This document shows, piece after piece, positions 48,392 through 57,786 of a stretch of 64,000 bases of DNA. Both the position numbers and the translations under genes were made by a program. Position 1 is the first letter of the stretch. Each line of letters begins with the position of its first letter. The notes beneath the pieces are model-generated. The model was not told where the DNA came from. It ran no database searches and saw only the letters and a list, made by a program, of their open reading frames with translations. Source of the stretch: a virus; the IMG/VR virus record IMGVR_UViG_3300024346_000017, positions 49,109 through 113,108 of that record; one strand, given 5' to 3'.

Positions 48392-49396
48392 ATGACTATT
48401 TCATTAGAAGACATAATGGCAAAGCTGGATCCAAAAACACGTGCAAGAGTTCAGTCGGCACAAAATGTGCAGGTACATAAACAATTAACTCCTAGTATAG
48501 GATTAAATGTTGCACTAAAGGGTGGATTAGGATATGGCAGACAGGTCTTGGTATGGGGAAATAAGTCTGCTGGTAAATCTTCTTTCTGTTTACAGATGAT
48601 AGCCTTGGCTCAACAAGAGGGCAAAACATGTGCCTGGATTGATGCAGAAGCTTCATATGATCAACAATGGGCAGAGCAGCTGGGAGTAGATTCATCTTCT
48701 CTTATTTATTCTCAGGCTAAAACAGTTAATGATATGGTTGACGTTGGCGTTAAACTAATGGAGGCTGGCGTTGATGTAATTGTAGTTGATTCTATTTCTG
48801 CCCTACTTCCAGGAATATATTTTGAAAAAGACGGAAATGAAATGAAAGATTTGCAAGACACCAAGCAAATCGGCGCAGAAGCAAAGGATATGACTCATGC
48901 AGTCAAAATGTTAAACTATGCAAACAAAAACACACTACTTGTTCTTATCTCCCAACAAAGAAATCAATTTGGGTCAATGCATGCTTCACACATCCCAACA
49001 GGAGGAATGGCAGTTAAATTTTTCTCTAGTACCGTTATCAAGCTCTGGTCTTCAGAAGCTGAAGCTAATGCTATCAAAGCTGGCGTTCAAGTTGGGGACA
49101 AAATTATTGAACAGCGTGTCGGGAGACCAGTCAATTGGATTATTGATTACAACAAACTCGGCCCCCCTAACCTTTCAGGACAATACGACTTCTACTATCA
49201 AGGAGAATCTCTAGGAGTTGATCGTATTGGTGAGACACTCGACGTTGCAGAGATGTACGGTTTAATTGAAAAGGGCGGTGCATGGTATACAATTAATGGT
49301 GAGCGTTTTCAGGGTAGAGCAAAAGCTGTAGCGTACCTAAGAGAAAACCCAGAAGTTTCTGGAAAGCTAATAGGAGAAATTAATGCCAAATCTTAA
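48392..49396 (+). CDS. recA: RecA-like recombinase
   Basis: GNKSAGKSS, WIDAE, VVDSI.AL, TGG.A.KFFSS, KGGAWY. Confidence 0.95.
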   Translation: MTISLEDIMAKLDPKTRARVQSAQNVQVHKQLTPSIGLNVALKGGLGYGRQVLVWGNKSAGKSSFCLQMIALAQQEGKTCAWIDAEASYDQQWAEQLGVDSSSLIYSQAKTVNDMVDVGVKLMEAGVDVIVVDSISALLPGIYFEKDGNEMKDLQDTKQIGAEAKDMTHAVKMLNYANKNTLLVLISQQRNQFGSMHASHIPTGGMAVKFFSSTVIKLWSSEAEANAIKAGVQVGDKIIEQRVGRPVNWIIDYNKLGPPNLSGQYDFYYQGESLGVDRIGETLDVAEMYGLIEKGGAWYTINGERFQGRAKAVAYLRENPEVSGKLIGEINAKS

Positions 49397-49571
49397 TGAG
49401 TTTATTAATAATCCAAGTGTTGTTAGTAAAAAAAACTTAGAGTCAATACATGGAATTAAGCCATGCTCTAAATGTGATAAGGATGCAGAAGAAGCCTTTT
49501 GGGATCCAGAGTCTATGACGCTTGCATGGGAGTGTCCAGACGGACATCCTAACGAAATCAAGGTGCAGTAA
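49383..49571 (+). CDS. Zn-ribbon protein
   Basis: CSKC...W.CPDGH. Confidence 0.7.
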   Translation: MPNLNEFINNPSVVSKKNLESIHGIKPCSKCDKDAEEAFWDPESMTLAWECPDGHPNEIKVQ

Positions 49572-49572
49572 A

Positions 49573-50412
49573 ATGTCATATGCAGATATAGAAAAAATAG
49601 TAATTGCCCCTCAAATAGTTGTATACAAAAACATATTTAAGTTTAGTCAAGAGCTAATTGATTTGGTAGAAGAAGATATACCAGATTCAATTTTAGATCC
49701 ATGGAGAGAGTGGTACCATCAAGGCAAAAGAAAAGGAATGTTTTTTAATAGCAAGATGGATTTACATTCAGGAAATGAATTAGAAATTAAAGAAAAAAAA
49801 TACTTAAAAGAAATCTATGACATAACTAGGTTTATTAATAAAGATTATTTTAATGACTTTAAAGATATTGGCATATGGCCAAATTTTATTTTAGACTGGG
49901 ATAAACTAGAAGATATAGAAGATGAAATATACATAGACTACTTTAAGTATGAGTACGAAAAGCAAAAAGAAATTATTAGGGCTGAGGGCGAGCCTTTAAT
50001 GGATTACCACATTGATGAGTTACCAATACCAAATGAAATTAAGCATAGAAGACACGTTGCAACAATTAATTTTTATTTAAATAATAATTATTCTGGTGGA
50101 GATATATGCGTGTATGATGACGTTTCTAAAAAAAGCTATAGGTACAAGCCTATGCCAGGAGATGCAGTTATAATGCCGTCAACAGAGCCATTCTACCATG
50201 CAGTAAAACAATATTTTAATGCAGATAGATATTTTGCAAGAACTTTTTTAGATTATTTTTCTGACAAAAACATACCTTGGGAAAGCAAATACGTAGTCTC
50301 CAATCATAATAATTCTAATATGTCAGAATTTGATTATGTAGATAAAGATTTGCAAATAATAAAAATAGATGCAAATGAAATTATTATAGGAGAGGACTAT
50401 GATAGTGTCTGA
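49573..50412 (+). CDS. 2OG-Fe(II) dioxygenase, P4H-like (#6)
   Basis: YHID...YLNNNYSGGDI...PSTEPFYHAV.....R; resembles #3. Start revised to 49573. Confidence 0.8.
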   Translation: MSYADIEKIVIAPQIVVYKNIFKFSQELIDLVEEDIPDSILDPWREWYHQGKRKGMFFNSKMDLHSGNELEIKEKKYLKEIYDITRFINKDYFNDFKDIGIWPNFILDWDKLEDIEDEIYIDYFKYEYEKQKEIIRAEGEPLMDYHIDELPIPNEIKHRRHVATINFYLNNNYSGGDICVYDDVSKKSYRYKPMPGDAVIMPSTEPFYHAVKQYFNADRYFARTFLDYFSDKNIPWESKYVVSNHNNSNMSEFDYVDKDLQIIKIDANEIIIGEDYDSV

Positions 50413-50710
50413 AAGAGCAGAAGTAAAAAGAGATGGCGCAAAGGCTCAAAAAAATTCTGGAAGAGGAGACTATCAAAAAGGTGATGCACAATGGAATCAA
50501 TTTTTAGTTGATTATAAAGAGGCTGGATCAACATTTACTCTTAATAAAGACATATGGGCAAAAATATGCACTGACACTTTTAAGGTTAACAGAGATATGC
50601 ATCCAGCCTTAAAAATAATTATAGGTAAAGAAAACAAGGTCAGGCTTGGTATAATAGAGTGGGCAGTTTTAGAAGATCTAATAGAATTTTGGGAGAAAAA
50701 TAATGTATAA
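50399..50710 (+). CDS. PD-(D/E)XK Holliday-junction-resolvase-like nuclease
   Basis: NSGRG..QKGD......VDYKE. Confidence 0.7.
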   Translation: MIVSERAEVKRDGAKAQKNSGRGDYQKGDAQWNQFLVDYKEAGSTFTLNKDIWAKICTDTFKVNRDMHPALKIIIGKENKVRLGIIEWAVLEDLIEFWEKNNV

Positions 50711-51407
50711 GCTAGATGTGTATATAGATAATAAAGAAGCACCAACTGCAAAAATAAGACCACTTGTAATGCAAAGAGAGTGGATGCACGATACCACTTA
50801 TAATTGTGATCCAGTCGGAATGGCTAACACACTTGGATACGGAATCTATTTTGATGAGGATATTTCATTTATATGGAATGGAGTCAGAGCTGATCCAGCA
50901 ACTGCTATAACTGGAGGGGAACATATCTGGGTTGGCAGAGGAGAAGGAACTGTAAGCTTTATAACTAATCTACTTTTTAGAACAGATGAAAATACAAGTA
51001 TTTTAACTATGCCTGTACCAAATGAAAAAATAGAAGGAGCACAAGTTGTAAGCACAATACTATCAACCTCTGTTTTTACTGGAACTTTTTCTGTGGTATG
51101 GAAGCTCGATACACCAAACAAAGAATACTTTGTACCAGCTGGCACAAACATTGCCTGTATACTACCAATTTCATTAGGAGCCATACAAGATTCTGTTGTT
51201 ACAATTAAGAATACTCCCGCTACATTTGAAAGAATACATGACAATATAGATTATATAACATATTTAAAGGGTTTAAATGCAAAAGGGATAAGGCCAAGAA
51301 TGTATAAAAAGGCTATAGACCACACTGGAAGAATAATCGGCAAACATGAAGTTGCTAAAATTAAGCTTCATGTAAATTATGAAGAGGAAACTAAAGATGG
51401 AAGATAA
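50703..51407 (+). CDS. DUF6065-like protein (paralogue of 5750-6472)
   Basis: REWM...YNC.PV..ANTLGYGI.F.EDISFIWNG; FRTDEN.S.L.MPVPN shared. Confidence 0.75.
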   Translation: MYKLDVYIDNKEAPTAKIRPLVMQREWMHDTTYNCDPVGMANTLGYGIYFDEDISFIWNGVRADPATAITGGEHIWVGRGEGTVSFITNLLFRTDENTSILTMPVPNEKIEGAQVVSTILSTSVFTGTFSVVWKLDTPNKEYFVPAGTNIACILPISLGAIQDSVVTIKNTPATFERIHDNIDYITYLKGLNAKGIRPRMYKKAIDHTGRIIGKHEVAKIKLHVNYEEETKDGR

Positions 51408-51732
51408 AAATACACTGCAGCTTATTAGTGACATTACTGAGTTTAATGACCTTCATGAATTTATGAAGGATGAGCACTTAGACAAGGCACTTGCTATTGT
51501 AGTAAAGCTTTTAATGAACCCAGATGTTCCATCTGCCAAGGCACCACATTTAATTATGGAGCTTCAAGCCATGTCAACCAAGTTTGCAGTACTTGCTTCA
51601 GTCTATTCAACGATTGCTAAAGACAAGGCTGGAACAGAAAATAACAATAAGAAAAATATTTACTATTCAGTAAAGGAGTCCATAGACAAACTCGTAGATG
51701 CACTTAAGTATGTCGTTAGGTACAACTCATAA
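51397..51732 (+). CDS. Helical hypothetical protein
   Basis: SD GAGG; start revised to 51397. Confidence 0.7.
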   Translation: MEDKNTLQLISDITEFNDLHEFMKDEHLDKALAIVVKLLMNPDVPSAKAPHLIMELQAMSTKFAVLASVYSTIAKDKAGTENNNKKNIYYSVKESIDKLVDALKYVVRYNS

Positions 51733-52521
51733 ATGGCTAGAGATATTGTAAAGAACCTTAAATTTAAAAAGCATACTGGCAACTTTTTCGACCCAGAAAA
51801 GTTTGCACAGTTACTTGACGAATCTTATAGAAACACCAAGCGTCCAGATGGAGATACCACTAAGAAATCATTCAGCCCCAGCTCACTTGGATATGGTCAC
51901 GGAACATGCCCAAGATATTGGTATATGGCATTTACTGGTGCGGTATTCATTGATGATAACGATGCAGTTGCTGTAGCCAACATGGCTCAGGGAACACAGG
52001 CACACGAGAGACTTCAAAACCTTATTAAGACTATGCCTGAGTGGAGAGCAGAAGAAGAAGAAATTATTAATGAGTACCCACCAATTCGTGGCTTTATAGA
52101 CTTGATCATGGAGTATGATGGCGAAACTGTAATTGGAGAAATTAAAACGGCTAAGCAAGAAGTTTGGGATACTAGACAAGCAGAGATGAAGTCTTCTCCA
52201 AATCATATGCTACAGTTACTTACATACATGAAATTAAAGAACGCAAAAGAAGGATTCTTCCTGTATGAAAATAAGAATACCCAAGAGGTTTTAATTATTC
52301 CTATCTCTATGAGCGATAAGAATAAGGCTATTATTGAAGATGCATTTCAATGGATGAGGGAGGTTTGGGATAATTTTAAAGAAGGAGATCTACCTAAGCG
52401 TCCAGAAGGTGCAACTAAGTACAAGCTGCCTTGCACGTATTGTCCAGTTAAAAAAGAATGTTGGGCAAAAGGATCTAATCCTGGAACAGTAGAGATTGAT
52501 TTAATGAAGGTTGTAAAATAA
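51733..52521 (+). CDS. Cas4-like PD-(D/E)XK exonuclease
   Basis: CPRYW, G...H, G.ID.I, EIKT, Q...Y, C..CP....C. Confidence 0.88.
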   Translation: MARDIVKNLKFKKHTGNFFDPEKFAQLLDESYRNTKRPDGDTTKKSFSPSSLGYGHGTCPRYWYMAFTGAVFIDDNDAVAVANMAQGTQAHERLQNLIKTMPEWRAEEEEIINEYPPIRGFIDLIMEYDGETVIGEIKTAKQEVWDTRQAEMKSSPNHMLQLLTYMKLKNAKEGFFLYENKNTQEVLIIPISMSDKNKAIIEDAFQWMREVWDNFKEGDLPKRPEGATKYKLPCTYCPVKKECWAKGSNPGTVEIDLMKVVK

Positions 52522-52799
52522 TGGTATGCTTAAACTCAGAGTGTAGCATAAAGTTTGAGCCCAAAACACATAATCAAAAATACTGCTCTGATGAATGCTG
52601 CAGGGTTGCAACTAACAAAAGAATAATGGAAAAATATTACGAAAAAAAAGCTATTAAAAATGGTGCTCCAAGAAAATGTAAAGGCTGCCCAGGCTTATTA
52701 AGCAGATATAATTCTGATGCTTATTGCGCTAAATGCATAAAGTCTAATACATCGAAGGTAAAAAAATACTTAATGGGGATACTAGATGACATTGGCTAG
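52521..52799 (+). CDS. Cys-rich Zn-binding protein
   Basis: C....C...F.P....QKYCS.EC; CKGC...CAKC. Confidence 0.7.
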   Translation: MVCLNSECSIKFEPKTHNQKYCSDECCRVATNKRIMEKYYEKKAIKNGAPRKCKGCPGLLSRYNSDAYCAKCIKSNTSKVKKYLMGILDDIG

Positions 52800-53352
52800 C
52801 CTAGTCAAATCAAAAGCATCCAGAGTTTTGGGCATAGACGCTTCAACAAACTCTATAGCTTTTTGTTTAATGGAAGACGACAAGCCGCTTAAGTGGGGAA
52901 AAATAAATTTATCTGGCACAGACATCTACGAAAAAATATATGACGCTAAAGTAAAAATGAGTGTTATGCTAGAAGAATTAAAGGCAGACTATATTGCAAT
53001 TGAAGGTGCAGTTCTTGTAAGGTCTCCAGATGCTGTAATTAAACTATCTTATGTTTATGGGGTGGTTATAGCAGAGCTTATGTCAACTGGCGCCAAAGTA
53101 ATAACTATATCCCCAACCTCTTGGCAATCTTATATTGGAAATAAAAATCCCACTAAAGAAGAAAAGCAGGCAGTTAGAATAGCATATCCAGGACACGTAG
53201 ACTCATGGTACAAGAATTACATAAGGAATATGAGAAAGCAAAGAACTGCAGACTATTTTAATTTAAAGTATAATCTATTATTAAATGATTTTGACGTAGC
53301 AGATTCATTTGGTATTGCACACTATGCCAATAAGGAGTTAACAAAGAGATGA
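52786..53352 (+). CDS. ruvC: RuvC-like Holliday junction resolvase
   Basis: VLGIDAST, IAIE, P..W...IG, D.ADSFGIA. Confidence 0.85.
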   Translation: MTLASLVKSKASRVLGIDASTNSIAFCLMEDDKPLKWGKINLSGTDIYEKIYDAKVKMSVMLEELKADYIAIEGAVLVRSPDAVIKLSYVYGVVIAELMSTGAKVITISPTSWQSYIGNKNPTKEEKQAVRIAYPGHVDSWYKNYIRNMRKQRTADYFNLKYNLLLNDFDVADSFGIAHYANKELTKR

Positions 53353-53495
53353 AATTATATCAAGATAAGGGCTGGCTATACAATAGATACGTTATTCAAA
53401 AAAAGAATATAGTAGAAATAGCAAAAGAATGTAACGTTTCAGCAATGACAATACAAAGATATATAGACAAGTTTGGAATGAAGATCAAGCGCTAA
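53349..53495 (+). CDS. 48-aa HTH protein (absent from ORF track)
   Basis: MKLYQDKGWLYNRYVIQKKNIVEIAKECNVSAMTIQRYIDKFGMKIKR; ATGA overlap; SD AAGGAG. Confidence 0.8.
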   Translation: MKLYQDKGWLYNRYVIQKKNIVEIAKECNVSAMTIQRYIDKFGMKIKR

Positions 53496-53524
53496 TTGAC
53501 TTTTTAGTTGACTAGAAGTATAAT
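53496..53524 (+). promoter_or_regulatory. sigma70-type promoter (leaderless)
   Basis: TTGACT-17-TATAAT; ATG 53531 is 6 nt downstream. Confidence 0.8.
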
Positions 53525-53530
53525 GATTTA

Positions 53531-54070
53531 ATGACAGAAATAGAGCCATCAATACATTTTGATAAGATGAATAAGGTTGTTTCCGAATTATTAAAGGGAA
53601 ACTCCGCCACTCAGATTGCCACAATAACTGGAATGACTAGAAAAGATGTCTTAGAGTATATTGATGAGTGGAAGTCCGTAGTCCACAATGATACCAACGT
53701 CCGAGATCGTGCTAGAGAAGCCTTAATGGGGGCAGACCAGCACTATGACATATTGATTAAAGAAGCGTGGAAAACAGTAGAAGATGCTGATACTCAAGGG
53801 CAACTCAACGTTAAATCTGGAACACTTAAGCTAATAGCAGACATAGAAACTAAAAGAATAGCCATGCTTCAGTCTGTTGGAATATTAGAAAATAATGAAA
53901 TGGCATCTCAAATATTGGAAACAGAAAGAAAGCAAGAGATGCTTGTAGGAATATTAAAAGAGGTTACTTCCAGCTGCAACCATTGTAAAATAGAAGTTGC
54001 AAAAAGGCTTTCTCAAATAACTGGTTTAGTTGAGCCAATAATAATTTCTCAAGAGGCTTCAGATGCTTAA
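53531..54070 (+). CDS. Probable terminase small subunit
   Basis: N-terminal HTH plus coiled coil, upstream of TerL. Confidence 0.6.
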   Translation: MTEIEPSIHFDKMNKVVSELLKGNSATQIATITGMTRKDVLEYIDEWKSVVHNDTNVRDRAREALMGADQHYDILIKEAWKTVEDADTQGQLNVKSGTLKLIADIETKRIAMLQSVGILENNEMASQILETERKQEMLVGILKEVTSSCNHCKIEVAKRLSQITGLVEPIIISQEASDA

Positions 54071-54662
54071 ACTTGAGGGATCAATAAAATTAGGCGAGGA
54101 CATACATGTATTCCCAAACTTTATATCACCCGAAGAATGCCAAGAGATAGTTGGCTTTATTGAATCAATACCCGAAAATATTTGGGAAGAGCACCTTAAT
54201 GAAGGTGGCCAAGGCTACGAGATAGCCTTTGTTGATGTAATTCAATTAAAAAAAATAAACAAAAAACTACAAGAACTTTTAGATAGCGATGTGTATTTAA
54301 ACACTTCTCTTTCTCCAACTAGAATGAAAAGGGGATTAATAGGAACGCACCACTCAGATGATTTTCAATTTTTAAACATAATAGAGGCAAATAAAAATCT
54401 TAAAGAAGAAGAAGAGTTTGAATTAGTAAGAAATAATATAGCTGGGTTAATTATGTACTTTAACGATTTTGAGGGAGGAGAGTTACATTATTCAAATCAA
54501 AATATAACTTACGCTCCAAAAGCTGGCGACCTACTAATACATAGCTCTAGTAATCATTGCAAGCATCAAGTACAAAAAATAAAAAGTGAAGTTAGATACT
54601 CTCACTCAGACAACCTATTTAGATATATTAAAGTCCCCAAAGGATTTAAAAATGTCATATGA
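54063..54662 (+). CDS. 2OG-Fe(II) dioxygenase, P4H-like (#7)
   Basis: NFISPEEC, HSD...YFNDFEGGELHY...KHQV......RYS. Confidence 0.8.
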   Translation: MLKLEGSIKLGEDIHVFPNFISPEECQEIVGFIESIPENIWEEHLNEGGQGYEIAFVDVIQLKKINKKLQELLDSDVYLNTSLSPTRMKRGLIGTHHSDDFQFLNIIEANKNLKEEEEFELVRNNIAGLIMYFNDFEGGELHYSNQNITYAPKAGDLLIHSSSNHCKHQVQKIKSEVRYSHSDNLFRYIKVPKGFKNVI

Positions 54663-56457
54663 TTTTTCTGAATTTATAGAGATTTTAGACGGAGAAGAGT
54701 TTGAAGAAAGGCCAGTAGACTTACAAACATTTGTTACTAGCCCAGACTATTTAGGTCTGCCACCTCTTTCAGAAAATCAATACACTCTTATAGCAAGAAG
54801 CTCTCAAATATATAAAGAATCTACTTTAATAAAGTTGTATGGAGAAGAGCTAGGCAAAAAAATGTCTAAGCAGACTTGCGTTGAAGTTATTGCACAGCTA
54901 GGCAAAGGTTCTGGAAAAGACTACTCATCAACAATAGCAGTTGCATATATAGTATATTTACTATTGTGCTTAAAAGATCCAGCAGCATATTATGGCAAAC
55001 CTCCAAGAGACGCAATTGATATTTTAAATATTGCTATAAACTCTCAGCAAGCAAACAATGTTTTTTTCAAGGGGTTCAAGATGAGAATTGAGGTTTCTCC
55101 ATGGTTTGCTGGTAAGTACACAGACAAGGCATCAGAAATTAAATTTGACAAGTCAATAACAGTTCACTCTGGTCACTCTGAAAGAGAAGCGTGGGAAGGC
55201 TATAACGTTTTAGTTGTTATTCTTGATGAGATATCTGGCTTTGCTACAGAAAATACAAGCGGACATGATCAAGCTAAGACTGCAGATGCCATATATGATA
55301 TGTATCGTGCATCAGTAGACTCACGCTTTCCAGATTTTGGTAAGGTCATACTCTTGTCTTTTCCAAGATTTAAAAACGATCCAATTCAAAAATTTTATGA
55401 GTCCGTGATAGCAGAAAAAGAAACGGTAATTAGAACACAAACATTAAAGCTAGATCAAGATCTACCAGATAACACAGAAGGAAATGAGTTTGAGGTTTCT
55501 TGGGAAGAGGACCATATAGTTTCTTATGTATACCCAAAAGTCTTTGCTTTAAAAAGACCAACATGGGAAGTAAACCCTACTAAAAAAATAACAGACTTTA
55601 CTGTGGCCTTTCATAAGAATCCACAGGACGCTTTAGGAAGATTTGCTTGTATGCCAACAGATGCTGTAGATGCATTCTTTAAGTCCAGGGAAAAAATTGA
55701 AAAGGCTTTTAATAAAGGAAATATAGCTGTAGACAAATTTGGCAGACTAGAAGAATGGTTTGTGCCAGAGCCAGATAAAGACTACTTTATTCATGTTGAC
55801 TTAGCACAAAAACATGACCATTGTGCGGTTGCCATGGGCCATGTTAAAAAATGGGTGGACATAAAGGTCACAGATACATATTCTCAGCCAGCACCAATTG
55901 TAGAAATTGATGCGGTTAGATTTTGGACGCCTACTCCAGATAAGTCAGTAGACTTTACAGAGGTAAAAGACTATATATTATCCTTGAGAACTAGAGGGTT
56001 TAATATAAAGATGTGCACATTTGATAGATGGAATTCTCACGACATGATGCAGCAGCTTAAAACATATGGCATTAATACAGAAATTTTGTCGGTTGCAAAA
56101 AAACACTACGACGATATGGCCATGGTTGTACTAGAAGAAAGATTGTCTGGACCCCACATACCATTACTTATAGATGAATTACTACAGCTTAGAATCATGA
56201 GGGATAAAGTTGATCACCCAAGAAAAGGCTCTAAGGACTTGGCGGATGCTGTATGCGGAGCAGTATATAATTCAATAAGTAGAACAAGGTTATCAAGGAA
56301 TGAAGAGATAAGAATTCATGACTATGAGTCAATGAGCTATGACAACGACTTTGCAAATAATTCAGATGCTGAAGTTGAGTATGTGCAAAATATGATTAGA
56401 GCACCAAGAATGCCAGAAAGCTTAGCAAGATCAATAGAAAACATGGAGATAATATGA
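54652..56457 (+). CDS. terL: Terminase large subunit
   Basis: Walker A GKGSGKD, Walker B VVILDE, nuclease HVDLA...D, FDRWNS, DH....SKDLADA; start revised to 54652. Confidence 0.93.
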   Translation: MSYDFSEFIEILDGEEFEERPVDLQTFVTSPDYLGLPPLSENQYTLIARSSQIYKESTLIKLYGEELGKKMSKQTCVEVIAQLGKGSGKDYSSTIAVAYIVYLLLCLKDPAAYYGKPPRDAIDILNIAINSQQANNVFFKGFKMRIEVSPWFAGKYTDKASEIKFDKSITVHSGHSEREAWEGYNVLVVILDEISGFATENTSGHDQAKTADAIYDMYRASVDSRFPDFGKVILLSFPRFKNDPIQKFYESVIAEKETVIRTQTLKLDQDLPDNTEGNEFEVSWEEDHIVSYVYPKVFALKRPTWEVNPTKKITDFTVAFHKNPQDALGRFACMPTDAVDAFFKSREKIEKAFNKGNIAVDKFGRLEEWFVPEPDKDYFIHVDLAQKHDHCAVAMGHVKKWVDIKVTDTYSQPAPIVEIDAVRFWTPTPDKSVDFTEVKDYILSLRTRGFNIKMCTFDRWNSHDMMQQLKTYGINTEILSVAKKHYDDMAMVVLEERLSGPHIPLLIDELLQLRIMRDKVDHPRKGSKDLADAVCGAVYNSISRTRLSRNEEIRIHDYESMSYDNDFANNSDAEVEYVQNMIRAPRMPESLARSIENMEII

Positions 56458-56690
56458 GCGAGTATCAAGAAAGAGCAAAAGAATGTAAGTGCTGCACAAA
56501 GCATGTTCCACTTCCAACTACATTAAAAAACTACAGCGGAATAACGTTGTGTCCAACTACATACTACAATGTAGTAGAGTATAAAAGAATATGGGATTCT
56601 TATGGTTCAAGGCCGATGGGATCTATAAGAAAACATTTTTCTGAATATGTACAGCAGATAGTTGAGGCAGAAATACATGACAAAGAATAA
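56454..56690 (+). CDS. Small Cys-containing protein
   Basis: CKCC..H...LCP. Confidence 0.6.
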   Translation: MSEYQERAKECKCCTKHVPLPTTLKNYSGITLCPTTYYNVVEYKRIWDSYGSRPMGSIRKHFSEYVQQIVEAEIHDKE

Positions 56691-57684
56691 ATTAGATTTT
56701 TTTGAAAATCCTGATAATTGGCTTGAAGCACATCCTGGACTTAATCATTCTTCAAATTTAGGGTTTATGAATTCTAGAATACGTTGGTTTCCAGACGAAG
56801 ATAGAGACCCATATACAGTAAATAAATATGCCTACAGATCAAAAGAGTTTGAAAAAAATGCCGATTTGCTTTTCGCTGGCTGCTCAATAACTTATGGAGA
56901 AGGTGTAGCTGAATCAGCAATCTGGGGAAATGTTGTGGCATCAAAATTAAATCTTAAAGCTTTTAATTTAGGAATGCCTGGAGCATCAGTTCATTTTATA
57001 GTAAATAATTTATTTAATTATTTTCAAGAATTTGGAAATCCCAAAAATTTGTTTTGTATATTTCCAGATTTTTTAAGAATGGAAATGTATTCTGATTATA
57101 GTCACATGCGCTCTGACCTAGATATTACAAAAGACAAAGAGCTGTCTGGGTACCAAAACTATCATTTATTATTATTTCCAAATAATCCATATGCCAAAAT
57201 ATCAAAACAGCCACATGTTGCAAGTGAGGTTATACCTAAAGAGCTTGCTCTCTCATTGTCTATCCAGCACATAAAATATCTAGAAATGTATTGCGCTGAA
57301 GCAGGAATTAATTTTTTGTGGGGAACATGGCACGAAGATCAAGAGAATTATATTATAAAAAATAATTTATTGTCTAAAAATTTTGTAGATTTAAAAAATA
57401 ATCTATGGCATAAAGAAAGCAAGGACTCTAAAAAATCTTTGGTTCATAAAAATGTTGAGGATAGGTATGCATGCCGTAAAGACCTAAAGGAATGCAAAAA
57501 CTTAGAAGCATGTCACGAAACTGAAAAAAATATATATGGCAAAAACTTTGATTTAGCTTTTGATACAGACCTTGAAGATTTTGATTCAATGCCTGGACAT
57601 GTTGGAGCACACACACATATTCATTGGGCAGAAGAATTTATTAAGAAAATTGGCACACTTAAACAAGAAAAGGATATGGTTTAA
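56677..57684 (+). CDS. SGNH/GDSL-like hydrolase or acyltransferase (paralogue A)
   Basis: N.Y.YRS.EF, FAGCSITYG.G, NLG.PGAS, C-terminal PGHVG..TH. Confidence 0.65.
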   Translation: MTKNKLDFFENPDNWLEAHPGLNHSSNLGFMNSRIRWFPDEDRDPYTVNKYAYRSKEFEKNADLLFAGCSITYGEGVAESAIWGNVVASKLNLKAFNLGMPGASVHFIVNNLFNYFQEFGNPKNLFCIFPDFLRMEMYSDYSHMRSDLDITKDKELSGYQNYHLLLFPNNPYAKISKQPHVASEVIPKELALSLSIQHIKYLEMYCAEAGINFLWGTWHEDQENYIIKNNLLSKNFVDLKNNLWHKESKDSKKSLVHKNVEDRYACRKDLKECKNLEACHETEKNIYGKNFDLAFDTDLEDFDSMPGHVGAHTHIHWAEEFIKKIGTLKQEKDMV

Positions 57685-57693
57685 AAGTAAAAT

Positions 57694-57786
57694 ATGAATA
57701 AAATATTAGTTGTCAGGTATTACTTATACAAGATTTTTCGTAAAAGAAAAAAGAAGAATCCAAATGAAAATAGGTACATATACTAA
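57694..57786 (+). CDS. 30-aa basic peptide coupled to carbamoyltransferase
   Basis: MNKILVVRYYLYKIFRKRKKKNPNENRYIY; TAATG overlap. Confidence 0.55.
   Translation: MNKILVVRYYLYKIFRKRKKKNPNENRYIY

Noticed and set aside
51733-52521. CRISPR-Cas system
   Set aside because: Solo Cas4-like nuclease in a recombination operon; no other cas genes or array.
41419-56457. Inteins, introns or homing endonucleases in helicase, DnaE, RecA or TerL
   Set aside because: Normal lengths, contiguous motifs, no intein or LAGLIDADG/HNH signatures noticed.
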